Below, in pieces: positions 8,022 through 15,790 of a stretch of 32,150 bases of DNA (positions are counted from its first letter, which is position 1; the number at the start of each line of letters is the position of its first letter). The position numbers and the translations under genes were made by a program. The notes under the pieces were generated by a model that had not been told where the DNA came from, made no database searches, and was given only the letters and a program-made list of their open reading frames with translations. The stretch comes from Acidobacteriota bacterium. Its GTDB lineage: Bacteria; Acidobacteriota; UBA6911; JACQSX01. Location: positions 1-32,150 of the forward strand of contig DASXQR010000129.1 in NCBI GenBank assembly GCA_036507075.1. The letters are read 5' to 3'.

Positions 8022-9691
8022 TATTTTGAAATTCCTCTATTCTCATCGATCGTCACTATCTGGTCTGCCGCCAGATTAGTAAACTGATCGTTCTTGCCCG
8101 AAGGCCAGCGTACTTCCAGGTGGGCCAGACGGCTGTTCGAACCCAGACCGATATGAACCGTCTTGTCGTTCTGCGACATGTGCGAGCTGCCCGATTGAAC
8201 CAGGAAGGTCTGCACCAGACTGCCTGCCGTGGCCGTTATGATTGCTCCGATAGCATCCCGATTACTCCGCGTCCCTTTGAGCCTGACGGCGAGCCAGTGT
8301 TGCAATTTGGATTCATTCAGCAGCAGGCTCGGCATGTCGTCCATGTTGATCACGGCGATATCGACACGGCCGTCCCGGTCGAAATCCGCGCAGGCGGCGC
8401 CGCGGCTCGATTTCACAATCTGAAAACCGGGTCCCGCCTGGAGTGTTCGCTCCAGGAATTTTCCATTGCCGGCGTTTTCAAAAAGCTGATTTCGCTCCGC
8501 GTAGGAAGAAAAGCCGTAGCGGTCGACGATGGGGTAAACATGACCGTTGGCAACGAACAGATCCTTCAGCCCGTCGTTGTTGAAATCCTCCAGTATCGTT
8601 CCCCACCCCAACTCTTTCCATGTGGAGCTTCGCAGACCCGCAGGGCCGGTGACATCGCTGAACACCAGCCTTCCTTCATTTCGAAACAACGTGTTGTAAT
8701 CGTCCGAAAAAGTAGTCACGTAGATGTCCGGCCGGCCGTCGTTGTTGTAATCCTGAAGCGCCACTCCCATTCCGGCCTGCGCGTGGCCATCTTCATTGAA
8801 TGCCACGCCTGATTGCAGCGCCACATCCTCAAATCTGCCCTGGCCCAGATTATGAAACAGATAATTCGGCGTGGAGTCGTTGGCCACGAAAATGTCGATC
8901 CATCCATCTCCATCGACATCGCCCATGGCAACGCCGTACCCGTAGCCCGGTGCGACGCTACCCACACCGCTGCTGTCGGTAACTTCGGCAAACGTGCCGT
9001 CGCCGTTGTTTTTGAAGAGATGATCCTTTGAGGCTTTCATTCCGCGCGGCCCGCAGGCTACCGGGATGCCGCGAAACTGGCAAACAGGACTGCTTCCCGG
9101 TTCGGGGAACTCCTTCATTGCTGCATCGACGTAATCGGCGACGTACAGGTCAACGAAACCGTCGCGATCGACGTCGCCCCAAGCCGACCCGGTGCTGAAA
9201 CCCTTGTCCTGCACGCCGGCTGCATCCGTCACGTCCGTGAACGTACCGTTGCCGTTGTTTTTCAGGAGAAGATTGGGTCCAAAGGCGGTGATGTAAATAT
9301 CTTCGAAGCCGTCATTATTGTAATCGGCAATGGAAACGCCCATGCCCCAGCCGCGAAATTTTTCCAGCCCTGTTGCCGCCGTAACGTCCTGGAATTTGCC
9401 GGAGCCGAGATTCTTGTACAGGCGGGCCACCGGGCTTCCTCCTTTCTGGAATTCAGCCATCGAGGAGCCGTTGACGAGCAGCAAGTCAGGCCAACCGTCG
9501 TTGTTGTAATCGAAAAATGCCAGCCCGTTGCCCGGTTGCTCCACCAGGTAACGCTTTTCGAAAGAGCCGGAGAGATTTTTCAGCGTGATCCCCCGTTCCC
9601 GAGCGACGTCACGAAACCAGAACCCGTCCGGCTTAGGAGCCGCAGCGGCGCACCAAAGGATGCAAAAGATGAGAAAAGCTTTCGAACTCAC
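8021..9691 (-). CDS. CRTAC1-family protein (FG-GAP/VCBS repeats + C-terminal ASPIC/UnbV domain)
   Basis: Signal peptide; repeated DYNNDG.PD / DVDRDG.VD / DFDRDG.VD motifs; C-terminal SNRDAIGA...VHIGLG...EVRWPSG. Confidence 0.9.
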   Translation of the reverse strand: MSSKAFLIFCILWCAAAAPKPDGFWFRDVARERGITLKNLSGSFEKRYLVEQPGNGLAFFDYNNDGWPDLLLVNGSSMAEFQKGGSPVARLYKNLGSGKFQDVTAATGLEKFRGWGMGVSIADYNNDGFEDIYITAFGPNLLLKNNGNGTFTDVTDAAGVQDKGFSTGSAWGDVDRDGFVDLYVADYVDAAMKEFPEPGSSPVCQFRGIPVACGPRGMKASKDHLFKNNGDGTFAEVTDSSGVGSVAPGYGYGVAMGDVDGDGWIDIFVANDSTPNYLFHNLGQGRFEDVALQSGVAFNEDGHAQAGMGVALQDYNNDGRPDIYVTTFSDDYNTLFRNEGRLVFSDVTGPAGLRSSTWKELGWGTILEDFNNDGLKDLFVANGHVYPIVDRYGFSSYAERNQLFENAGNGKFLERTLQAGPGFQIVKSSRGAACADFDRDGRVDIAVINMDDMPSLLLNESKLQHWLAVRLKGTRSNRDAIGAIITATAGSLVQTFLVQSGSSHMSQNDKTVHIGLGSNSRLAHLEVRWPSGKNDQFTNLAADQIVTIDENRGISK

Positions 9692-9791
9692 TTGATAGGA
9701 TTTTAGCCAATCGGCGACAAAATTTCGAACCGCGATTAGAAAATTGAAAAATTGTCGCGGCCCGATGAACTCGCAAAATCATAGTTTTGTA

Positions 9792-9840
9792 GCTTGGTGT
9801 CTTGGTGGTCAAAGAAATCTGAACCACCAAGGCACCAAGC
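9792..9840. repeat. REP-like hairpin, family copy 2
   Basis: GCTTGGTGTCTTGGTGGT ... ACCACCAAGGCACCAAGC, the same arms as at 6670 and 14406. Confidence 0.85.
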
Positions 9841-9889
9841 CCATACTCGCCACTCGGGCGTGGAGTTGAAATATCAATCTTGCGTTCGA

Positions 9890-9932
9890 CAACTCGAAAC
9901 CCGTAACCCGGAACCAGAAAACCCGCAACTCG
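9890..9932. repeat. Orphan heptamer array (GAAACCC family)
   Basis: caactcgaaacccgtaacccggaaccagaaaacccgcaactcg resembles the inner arms of elements A and B. Confidence 0.6.
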
Positions 9933-9976
9933 CATGCGAGCGGAGCGCAGATGGCGACGTGATACAATCCTGCTTT

Positions 9977-11974
9977 ATGCGGCGTGACTTACTTTTTATT
10001 TTTGCGCTCATCTTTTTTTTATTCTGTTCTGGTTGTCACAACTCGCGGGCTGCTAAAAAGAAGGATGCTCCCACTGTGGTGGTGCTCGGCTTTGACGGCG
10101 CTGATCCCGACCTGGTGCAGCAGTGGATTGCCGATCTTCCCATCATTCGCAAACTGCAACAGGAAGGATTGTTTCAGGCTCTGGGCACTACCAATCCGCC
10201 TGAATCGCCCGTGGCGTGGGCGTCGTTCGCGACCGGCACAAATCCGGGGAAGCACAACATCTTTGATTTTCTGAAGAGAGATCCCAAAACTTATTTCCCC
10301 GACATCGGGCTGGTTGAAATCCACAAAGCACGCTGGCTTTGGAGCACCATTCCGATCTCGCGGCCGCGCCTGATCAATAATCGCAAAGGCACGGCATTCT
10401 GGAAACTGCTCGGCCAGGCGGGAATCGTCGCCGATGTGCTTCGCATGCCGCTGACGTTTCCGCCTGAAGACATTCCCAACGTAACGCTGCTTTCCGGTCT
10501 GGGAGTTCCCGATGTCAGGGGCACCTGGGGGACTTACTTCTACTATGCCACCGATCTGACACAGTGGGACATCGGCGATACCGAGTTCGGCGGAAAGATG
10601 GTTCGCCTGGAGCTGAAAGAGAACGGCTCGGTGAGTACGGAAATCGAAGGCCCTCAGGATCCGCGCCGCAAAGATTACAAGCGCGTGTCCATTCCGATGA
10701 GGCTGAAGCTCAGCCCCTCCAAGGACAGCGTTGAAATCCAGGTTCAGGGCAGAACGCAGCAAGTGAAGGAGCGGCAATGGAGCGACTGGTTCGATTTCAG
10801 GTTTGATGCCGGCCCCTTTGTCACTATTCGGGGGAGCAGCCGCTTTTTTGTGCTGGAGACCTACCCGGAGCTCCGATTGTATCTGTCTCCGATCAGTCTT
10901 GATCCGAAGAGGCCCCCCATCCCGATTTCCAGTCCCGAAGCCTACTCGGCAGACCTGGTCCGCAGGAACGGCATGTACAAGTCGCTTGGCTGGATCCATG
11001 AAACCTGGGGCTTGAATGAAGAGCGCATCGACGAGGAAGTATTTCTTCAGGATCTGTTCCGCAACATGGGCACGCTGGAAAAAACTCTGTTGGACGAAAT
11101 TCGCGGCGGGCAGGCAAACTTTTATTCGGCGGTCTTTACAGCGACCGACAGCGCTTCTCACATGTTTTACCGGCTGCTTGATCCGCTGCATCCCCGTTAC
11201 GAGCCCGAGCTGGCGGCAAAGTACGGCGATGCCGTAAAACGCGTCTACCAGAGAATGGACTCTATTATCGGGAACGTCATGAAGGCGGCCGGACCGGACG
11301 CGATCGTAATCGTTGTTTCCGACCATGGATTCCATAGCTGGCGCAAAGAGTTCAACACCAACACCTGGCTGGTGCGCAATGGCTTTATGGCCCTGAAGGG
11401 CGCCGAGAGCGATCCCAACATGAAGAAGCTGGATAACCTGTTCAGCGGCGGCAGTTTCTTTCCCAATGTCGACTGGAGCCGCACTCAGGCGTATGCCCTC
11501 GGCCTGGGGCAGATTTACATCAACCTGCAGGGCCGTGAAGGCAAGGGCGTTGTCAGCTCCCAACAATATCCGGACGTGGTCAAGGCGATTGCAGCGAAAA
11601 TCAAGGAGTACCGCGATCCGGACACCGGAGAACCAGTGATACAGAATTCTTATCTCAAGCACGACATCTACTCCGGGCCCTACGCGGACAATGCGGGGGA
11701 TATTCAGATTTCCTTTCGCAGCGGCTATCGGACCAGTTGGCAGACGTCGTTGGGCGCAGTTCCGGAAAACATCGTGGTAGCCAATCTGAAAAAATGGAGC
11801 GGCGATCACTGCGCTTCCGATGAAAGCGACACGGCCGGAATACTATTGATAAACCGCAAGGTCACACCCGGAAGCTATCGAATCATCGACATCGCTCCTA
11901 CCGTGCTAAGACTGTTCGCAGTCGACATTCCCGGCGAGATAGACGGCAATCCGATTCCAGTAGCGGCCCCATGA
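9977..11974 (+). CDS. Alkaline-phosphatase-superfamily phosphodiesterase (nucleotide pyrophosphatase-like), probable lipoprotein
   Basis: GFDGAD, PPESPVAWASFATGTNPGKH, VSDHGF, WSGDH motifs; signal MRRDLLFIFALIFFLFCSGC with lipobox-like Cys20. The upstream ORF extension runs through repeats. Confidence 0.85.
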   Translation: MRRDLLFIFALIFFLFCSGCHNSRAAKKKDAPTVVVLGFDGADPDLVQQWIADLPIIRKLQQEGLFQALGTTNPPESPVAWASFATGTNPGKHNIFDFLKRDPKTYFPDIGLVEIHKARWLWSTIPISRPRLINNRKGTAFWKLLGQAGIVADVLRMPLTFPPEDIPNVTLLSGLGVPDVRGTWGTYFYYATDLTQWDIGDTEFGGKMVRLELKENGSVSTEIEGPQDPRRKDYKRVSIPMRLKLSPSKDSVEIQVQGRTQQVKERQWSDWFDFRFDAGPFVTIRGSSRFFVLETYPELRLYLSPISLDPKRPPIPISSPEAYSADLVRRNGMYKSLGWIHETWGLNEERIDEEVFLQDLFRNMGTLEKTLLDEIRGGQANFYSAVFTATDSASHMFYRLLDPLHPRYEPELAAKYGDAVKRVYQRMDSIIGNVMKAAGPDAIVIVVSDHGFHSWRKEFNTNTWLVRNGFMALKGAESDPNMKKLDNLFSGGSFFPNVDWSRTQAYALGLGQIYINLQGREGKGVVSSQQYPDVVKAIAAKIKEYRDPDTGEPVIQNSYLKHDIYSGPYADNAGDIQISFRSGYRTSWQTSLGAVPENIVVANLKKWSGDHCASDESDTAGILLINRKVTPGSYRIIDIAPTVLRLFAVDIPGEIDGNPIPVAAP

Positions 11975-13017
11975 CCACGGCTGATTCACTTTTTGACGAA
12001 AAACTGGTGGAACGTACTCGATCCGTGATGGTCACGGGAGGAACGGGGTACATCGGCAAGAACCTGGTTCAGGGGCTGTTGAAGCGCGGTTTTATCGTCA
12101 ACCTGCTGGTGCGTGAAGACAGCAAGCTGTCGGGCCTTGAGGGGTGCAACTTTTTCCTGGGGGACATTCAGGAGCCCAACAGCCTTCGCCCCGCAATGGA
12201 GAACTGCGATTATGTTTTTCACCTGGCCGCCAAAGTTAAAGCCTGGAGCCGCAATCCTGAAGAGTTTGATCGCGTCAATGTTCAGGGTTATGAAAACCTG
12301 TTGCACCTGTGCCGTGAGCTGGCGGTGAAGAAGGTTCTGCACACCTCCTCTTTTATTGTCTTTGGCCCTTCTGACGGCCAGCCGGTCACCGAGAATTGCA
12401 ATCGCACTAGCAACCCTTTTAATGACTACGACCGCACCAAGAGCCTTGCCGACAACATCACGGGGAAGTATGTGGCCGAAGGTCTGGCGATCACCACTCT
12501 GTATCCGACCGTGGTTTACGGTCCGGGCGAGCTGACGGACGGAAATCTGATGGCTCAGTTGATCCGAATGTTCGACCGGGGCCGCATGCCCGGCCTGGTG
12601 GAAGGAGGCCGTCAGAAGTGGAATTTCGTGCATGTCGAGGACGTGGTGGCGGGCCACATCGCGGCGATGCGGCGCTCGCAGACGGGCCGCTACATTCTTG
12701 GGGGTGAGAATATTTCTCTCCTGGATTTCTTTTCTCTGGTAGCCAGACTGTTGCGGCGCAAACCGCCGCGTCTGAAAATCCCTGTTCGCGTTGCCAGGCT
12801 GGTGGGGCGCATCGAAGAGGCGCGAGCATCGCTGACGCGCCATGAACCGTTGATGACCCGCGAAACGGTGGAGATTTTCGCGCGCAATTGGATGTTTTCT
12901 TCCGAAAAGGCCGAAAACGAGCTGAATTACCAGCCGCGCGCGCTATCGGAAGGTCTGAGCAGTTTTGTGGAATGGATGCGCCAGCAGGGCCTCGTTCATG
13001 CCAATTCGATACAGTGA
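11971..13017 (+). CDS. Extended SDR / NAD-dependent epimerase-dehydratase family, farnesol dehydrogenase (FLDH)/HpnA-like
   Basis: TGGTGYIG, VFHLAA, HTSSF, YDRTK (YxxxK), LYPTVVYGPG.LT.GN, FVHVEDVVAGHIAAM, RYILGGEN. ATGA overlap with the upstream gene. Confidence 0.85.
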   Translation: MTTADSLFDEKLVERTRSVMVTGGTGYIGKNLVQGLLKRGFIVNLLVREDSKLSGLEGCNFFLGDIQEPNSLRPAMENCDYVFHLAAKVKAWSRNPEEFDRVNVQGYENLLHLCRELAVKKVLHTSSFIVFGPSDGQPVTENCNRTSNPFNDYDRTKSLADNITGKYVAEGLAITTLYPTVVYGPGELTDGNLMAQLIRMFDRGRMPGLVEGGRQKWNFVHVEDVVAGHIAAMRRSQTGRYILGGENISLLDFFSLVARLLRRKPPRLKIPVRVARLVGRIEEARASLTRHEPLMTRETVEIFARNWMFSSEKAENELNYQPRALSEGLSSFVEWMRQQGLVHANSIQ

Positions 13018-14317
13018 AGACCGAAGGCAGCTCGAGCATCTGGCTCCGGTCATCTTCGCTGTTCTGCTTAAGTACCTCAACTGGCCGGCAGCGCTTGCTC
13101 TTGCTGTGGCTGCCATGTTTTACGGCCTGTTCATTTCCCCTCTCTGGGGAACATCACGGCCGGGAGAACCGCGGATCTCGGGAAAATTTTACTATGCGCT
13201 GGCAGTGTTTCTGCTGTTGCTGCTTTTCCGCCGGCATTTCGAGTTTGTGGCCGCCATCTGGGGAATACTGGCGGTGAGTGACTCGCTGTCGAATATCGCG
13301 GGACGGCGGTGGGGGCGAACAGCGCTGCCCTGGAATCGCGGCAAAACCTGGGTGGGTTCGAGCACTTTTCTTGTCAGCGGCTTTTTTACCTTTCTGGTTC
13401 TCGCCGGCTGGTTTGTGGGCGCCGCGGCAGTGCTGCGACCCGAGTGGATTTGGACGGCGCTGCTGGTGTCGCTGGCGTGCGCGCTGGTGGAGTCTTTGCC
13501 GGCCTTTGTCGACGACAATCTCCTGATCGCGGCGGCCGGCGCGTTCTTCGTTCTTCTGGTGGAAACAATCCGGCTGGGAAATTGTCACCCTCTCGGTTCG
13601 GTTGGCAGCGCCGTGGTTGTGAACGCGATACTTTCGCTTCTGGTTTTTCTCTTCGGATTGGTGACTTTGAGCGGTGTCATCGCCGGTTTTATCTGCGGCA
13701 GCGTCATTTTCTGGGGCGGCGGCTGGAAGGGGTTTTTGCTGTTGTTTGCGTTCTTTGCGATTGGTACGGCGAGCACGCGGGTCAAGCAGGCATGGAAAGA
13801 GGAAAGGAAAATTGCGCAGGAGAATAAGGGAAGAAGGAGCGCGCGTCACGCGCTTGCCAATTGTGTGGCAGCGGCTCTCGTATCGGCAGGTCTGCCTTTC
13901 AGCCCGAACGCGATCATTTGGAAAGCAGCGCTTCTGGGCGCGTTTGCCACCGCCACGTTCGATACAGTCTCCACCGAGCTCGGACAGGTTTTTGGAAAGG
14001 CGCCAGTGCTGATCCGCACAGGCCGCCGCGTGCCGCCCGGAACCGAAGGAGCTGTTTCGGTTGAAGGGACGCTGCTCGGATTGGCTGCGTCGGCGCTGGT
14101 TTCACTATTGGCGTGGGCGACCGGCTTCGTCCCGGCAATTCTTCTTCCAGCAGTCGTACTTGGGGCAACCGTGGGAAATCTGGCCGAAAGCTGGATCGGG
14201 GCGGGCAGATACCAAGACGAGTCTTCCAAGAACGAGATCCTGAACTTTTACAACACGGCCATAGGCGCCGCCGTGGCCGCCGGAACCGCGGCCGGGATCC
14301 TGACGGCAGGCCGGTGA
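12998..14317 (+). CDS. Fusion of phytol/farnesol/dolichol kinase-like domain (CTP_transf_1) and DUF92 (VTE6-like prenyl-phosphate kinase) domain
   Basis: N-half: RRQLEH, GKFYY, SDSLSNIAGRRWG..LPWNRGKTWVGS, LVESLP...DDNL. C-half: KGRRSARHALAN, DTVSTELG, VPPGTEGAVSVEGT, ESWIGA, NEILNFYNT. Confidence 0.85.
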   Translation: MPIRYSEDRRQLEHLAPVIFAVLLKYLNWPAALALAVAAMFYGLFISPLWGTSRPGEPRISGKFYYALAVFLLLLLFRRHFEFVAAIWGILAVSDSLSNIAGRRWGRTALPWNRGKTWVGSSTFLVSGFFTFLVLAGWFVGAAAVLRPEWIWTALLVSLACALVESLPAFVDDNLLIAAAGAFFVLLVETIRLGNCHPLGSVGSAVVVNAILSLLVFLFGLVTLSGVIAGFICGSVIFWGGGWKGFLLLFAFFAIGTASTRVKQAWKEERKIAQENKGRRSARHALANCVAAALVSAGLPFSPNAIIWKAALLGAFATATFDTVSTELGQVFGKAPVLIRTGRRVPPGTEGAVSVEGTLLGLAASALVSLLAWATGFVPAILLPAVVLGATVGNLAESWIGAGRYQDESSKNEILNFYNTAIGAAVAAGTAAGILTAGR

Positions 14318-14354
14318 ACTTGTGAAAGAACTTCACCACAAACACACAGAGCAC

Positions 14355-14523
14355 TGGTCATTGGTCATCAGTCATTGGTCATTCGTCATCCGACTTGTCG
14401 AGCCTGGCTTGGTGCCTTGGTGGTTCAAATTTTTTCTAACACCAAGACACCAAGCCTCGAAACTTTCACACTGCATCACCAATGACCAATGACCAAATGA
14501 CCAATGACCAATGACCAATAACC
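14355..14523. repeat. Inverted heptamer array (TGGTCAT)n ... (ATGACCA)n enclosing REP-like hairpin copy 3 (14406-14456)
   Basis: Left units 14355-14389, right units ~14478-14523; central GGCTTGGTGCCTTGGTG...CACCAAGACACCAAGCC. Confidence 0.85.
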
Positions 14524-14547
14524 TATTGCCGCCCGTGAAGAAAATAA

Positions 14548-15453
14548 ATGCTTAACAAGCTGTGGACTTTCATTCGCCCGTTTACACTGATTGTTCCGGC
14601 CGTGGGGATGATTGCAGGATCGATTGTTGCGCTCGGGGCTCCCCCCCGATGGCAATCGGACTGGGTTTTGGGAGGAGTGGCGATATCGCGGCAGATCTTG
14701 ATCGGTGGCCTGATGGCTGCCGTCCTGAATGCCGCCAGTAATGCTTTGAATCAGATCTTTGATGTCGAAGTCGATAGGATCAATAAACCGGACCGGATGC
14801 TTCCCAGCGGCCGACTCTCCATCAGTGAGGCCTGGAAGGCTTGCGCGGCAGCTTTTCTCCTGGCCCTGGCATTAGCGGCCCTGATCAACTGGCAGTGTTT
14901 TTTTATGGCCCTTGCCGCTGTGCTTTTAACGTTCATCTACTCGGCTCCTCCTGTTCGAACGAAAGGCCGGGGCTTCTGGGCCAACGTGACCATCGCCATT
15001 CCGCGCGGAACCCTGCTCTTTGTCGCAGGTTGGTCTTGCGTCAAGACGATCACCCACGCCGAGCCGTGGTGGATCGGTTCCGTATTTGGGTTCTATTTTC
15101 TGGGCGCCACCACCACAAAGGACTTCTCTGATGTGGAAGGGGATCGTGCTCACGGCTGCTATACGCTTCCCGTGCTCTTCGGCGCACGCAAGGCGGCTTA
15201 CATGATGTCACCCTTTTTGGTCTTCCCCTTTCTGCTGATCACGATCGGGGCTTACCTTAATATATTGCACGGAAATCGCGCGCTGCTGATGCTGCTCGGT
15301 CTTTGCCTGAGTGTGTGGGGAACATACATCGCCTACTTGATCGTGCGACGGCCCGACGAATTGAGCGGCAAGGAAAACCACATCTCGTGGAAACACATGT
15401 ATCTGCTCACCGTCTTTGCGCAAGTAGGGCTGGCGGTGTCGTATTTGGTATAA
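14548..15453 (+). CDS. UbiA-superfamily prenyltransferase (DGGGP synthase / homogentisate prenyltransferase / chlorophyll synthase-like motifs)
   Basis: FIRPFT, NQIFDVEVDRINKPDRMLPSG (NQxxDxxxD), YSAPP, KDFSDVEGD...TLPVLFG; multiple TM helices. Confidence 0.9.
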   Translation: MLNKLWTFIRPFTLIVPAVGMIAGSIVALGAPPRWQSDWVLGGVAISRQILIGGLMAAVLNAASNALNQIFDVEVDRINKPDRMLPSGRLSISEAWKACAAAFLLALALAALINWQCFFMALAAVLLTFIYSAPPVRTKGRGFWANVTIAIPRGTLLFVAGWSCVKTITHAEPWWIGSVFGFYFLGATTTKDFSDVEGDRAHGCYTLPVLFGARKAAYMMSPFLVFPFLLITIGAYLNILHGNRALLMLLGLCLSVWGTYIAYLIVRRPDELSGKENHISWKHMYLLTVFAQVGLAVSYLV

Positions 15454-15457
15454 GTCA

Positions 15458-15627
15458 GAAGGTCGAAAGTCGAAAGGAAGCGGTTAGCAACTGAACCGCG
15501 CGCGTAAGCAAGCGGACCCTCGATGTAGCACTTCTGATCAATTTCGTGCTTAGCGTTTACTGCATGGGTCCGCTTGCTTACGCGCGCGGTTCGGTTGGTA
15601 ACCGTTTCCTTTCGACCTTCGACTTTC
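15458..15627. repeat. 62-bp-arm inverted repeat with REP-like core AACCGCGCGCGTAAGCAAGCGG and heptamer (GTCGAAA) outer ends
   Basis: Arms 15458-15519 and 15566-15627 are complementary at 57 of 62 positions. Confidence 0.9.
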
Positions 15628-15790
15628 AATTGTTGCGGAAATATTGACCCAAAAGTCGCTCTCCGCCATCCGTTTAATCAGCAGGATTTGTATCGATAAG
15701 TTAAGGGGCGCGTTGCAGTTTGCCCTTTACTTGGGGTAATATTATTGCTTGACATAATCGCGGAGAGGCTTGGCAAATAAAGGGGTGTCC

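Noticed and set aside
10019..11809. 596-aa antisense ORF
   Set aside because: Shadow of the phosphodiesterase gene; no recognisable motifs.
11971..13017. Calling this hpnA of a hopanoid cluster
   Set aside because: Same broad SDR group, but no shc or hpnCDE in the window and the neighbours point to prenol metabolism.
14548..15453. Chlorophyll synthase or photosynthesis cluster
   Set aside because: No other bch/chl genes in the window, and the motifs are shared across several UbiA clades.
15700..15760. Sigma54 or sigma70 promoter before the outer-membrane gene
   Set aside because: GG-N10-GC spacing is not met and only a weak -10-like CATAAT is present.
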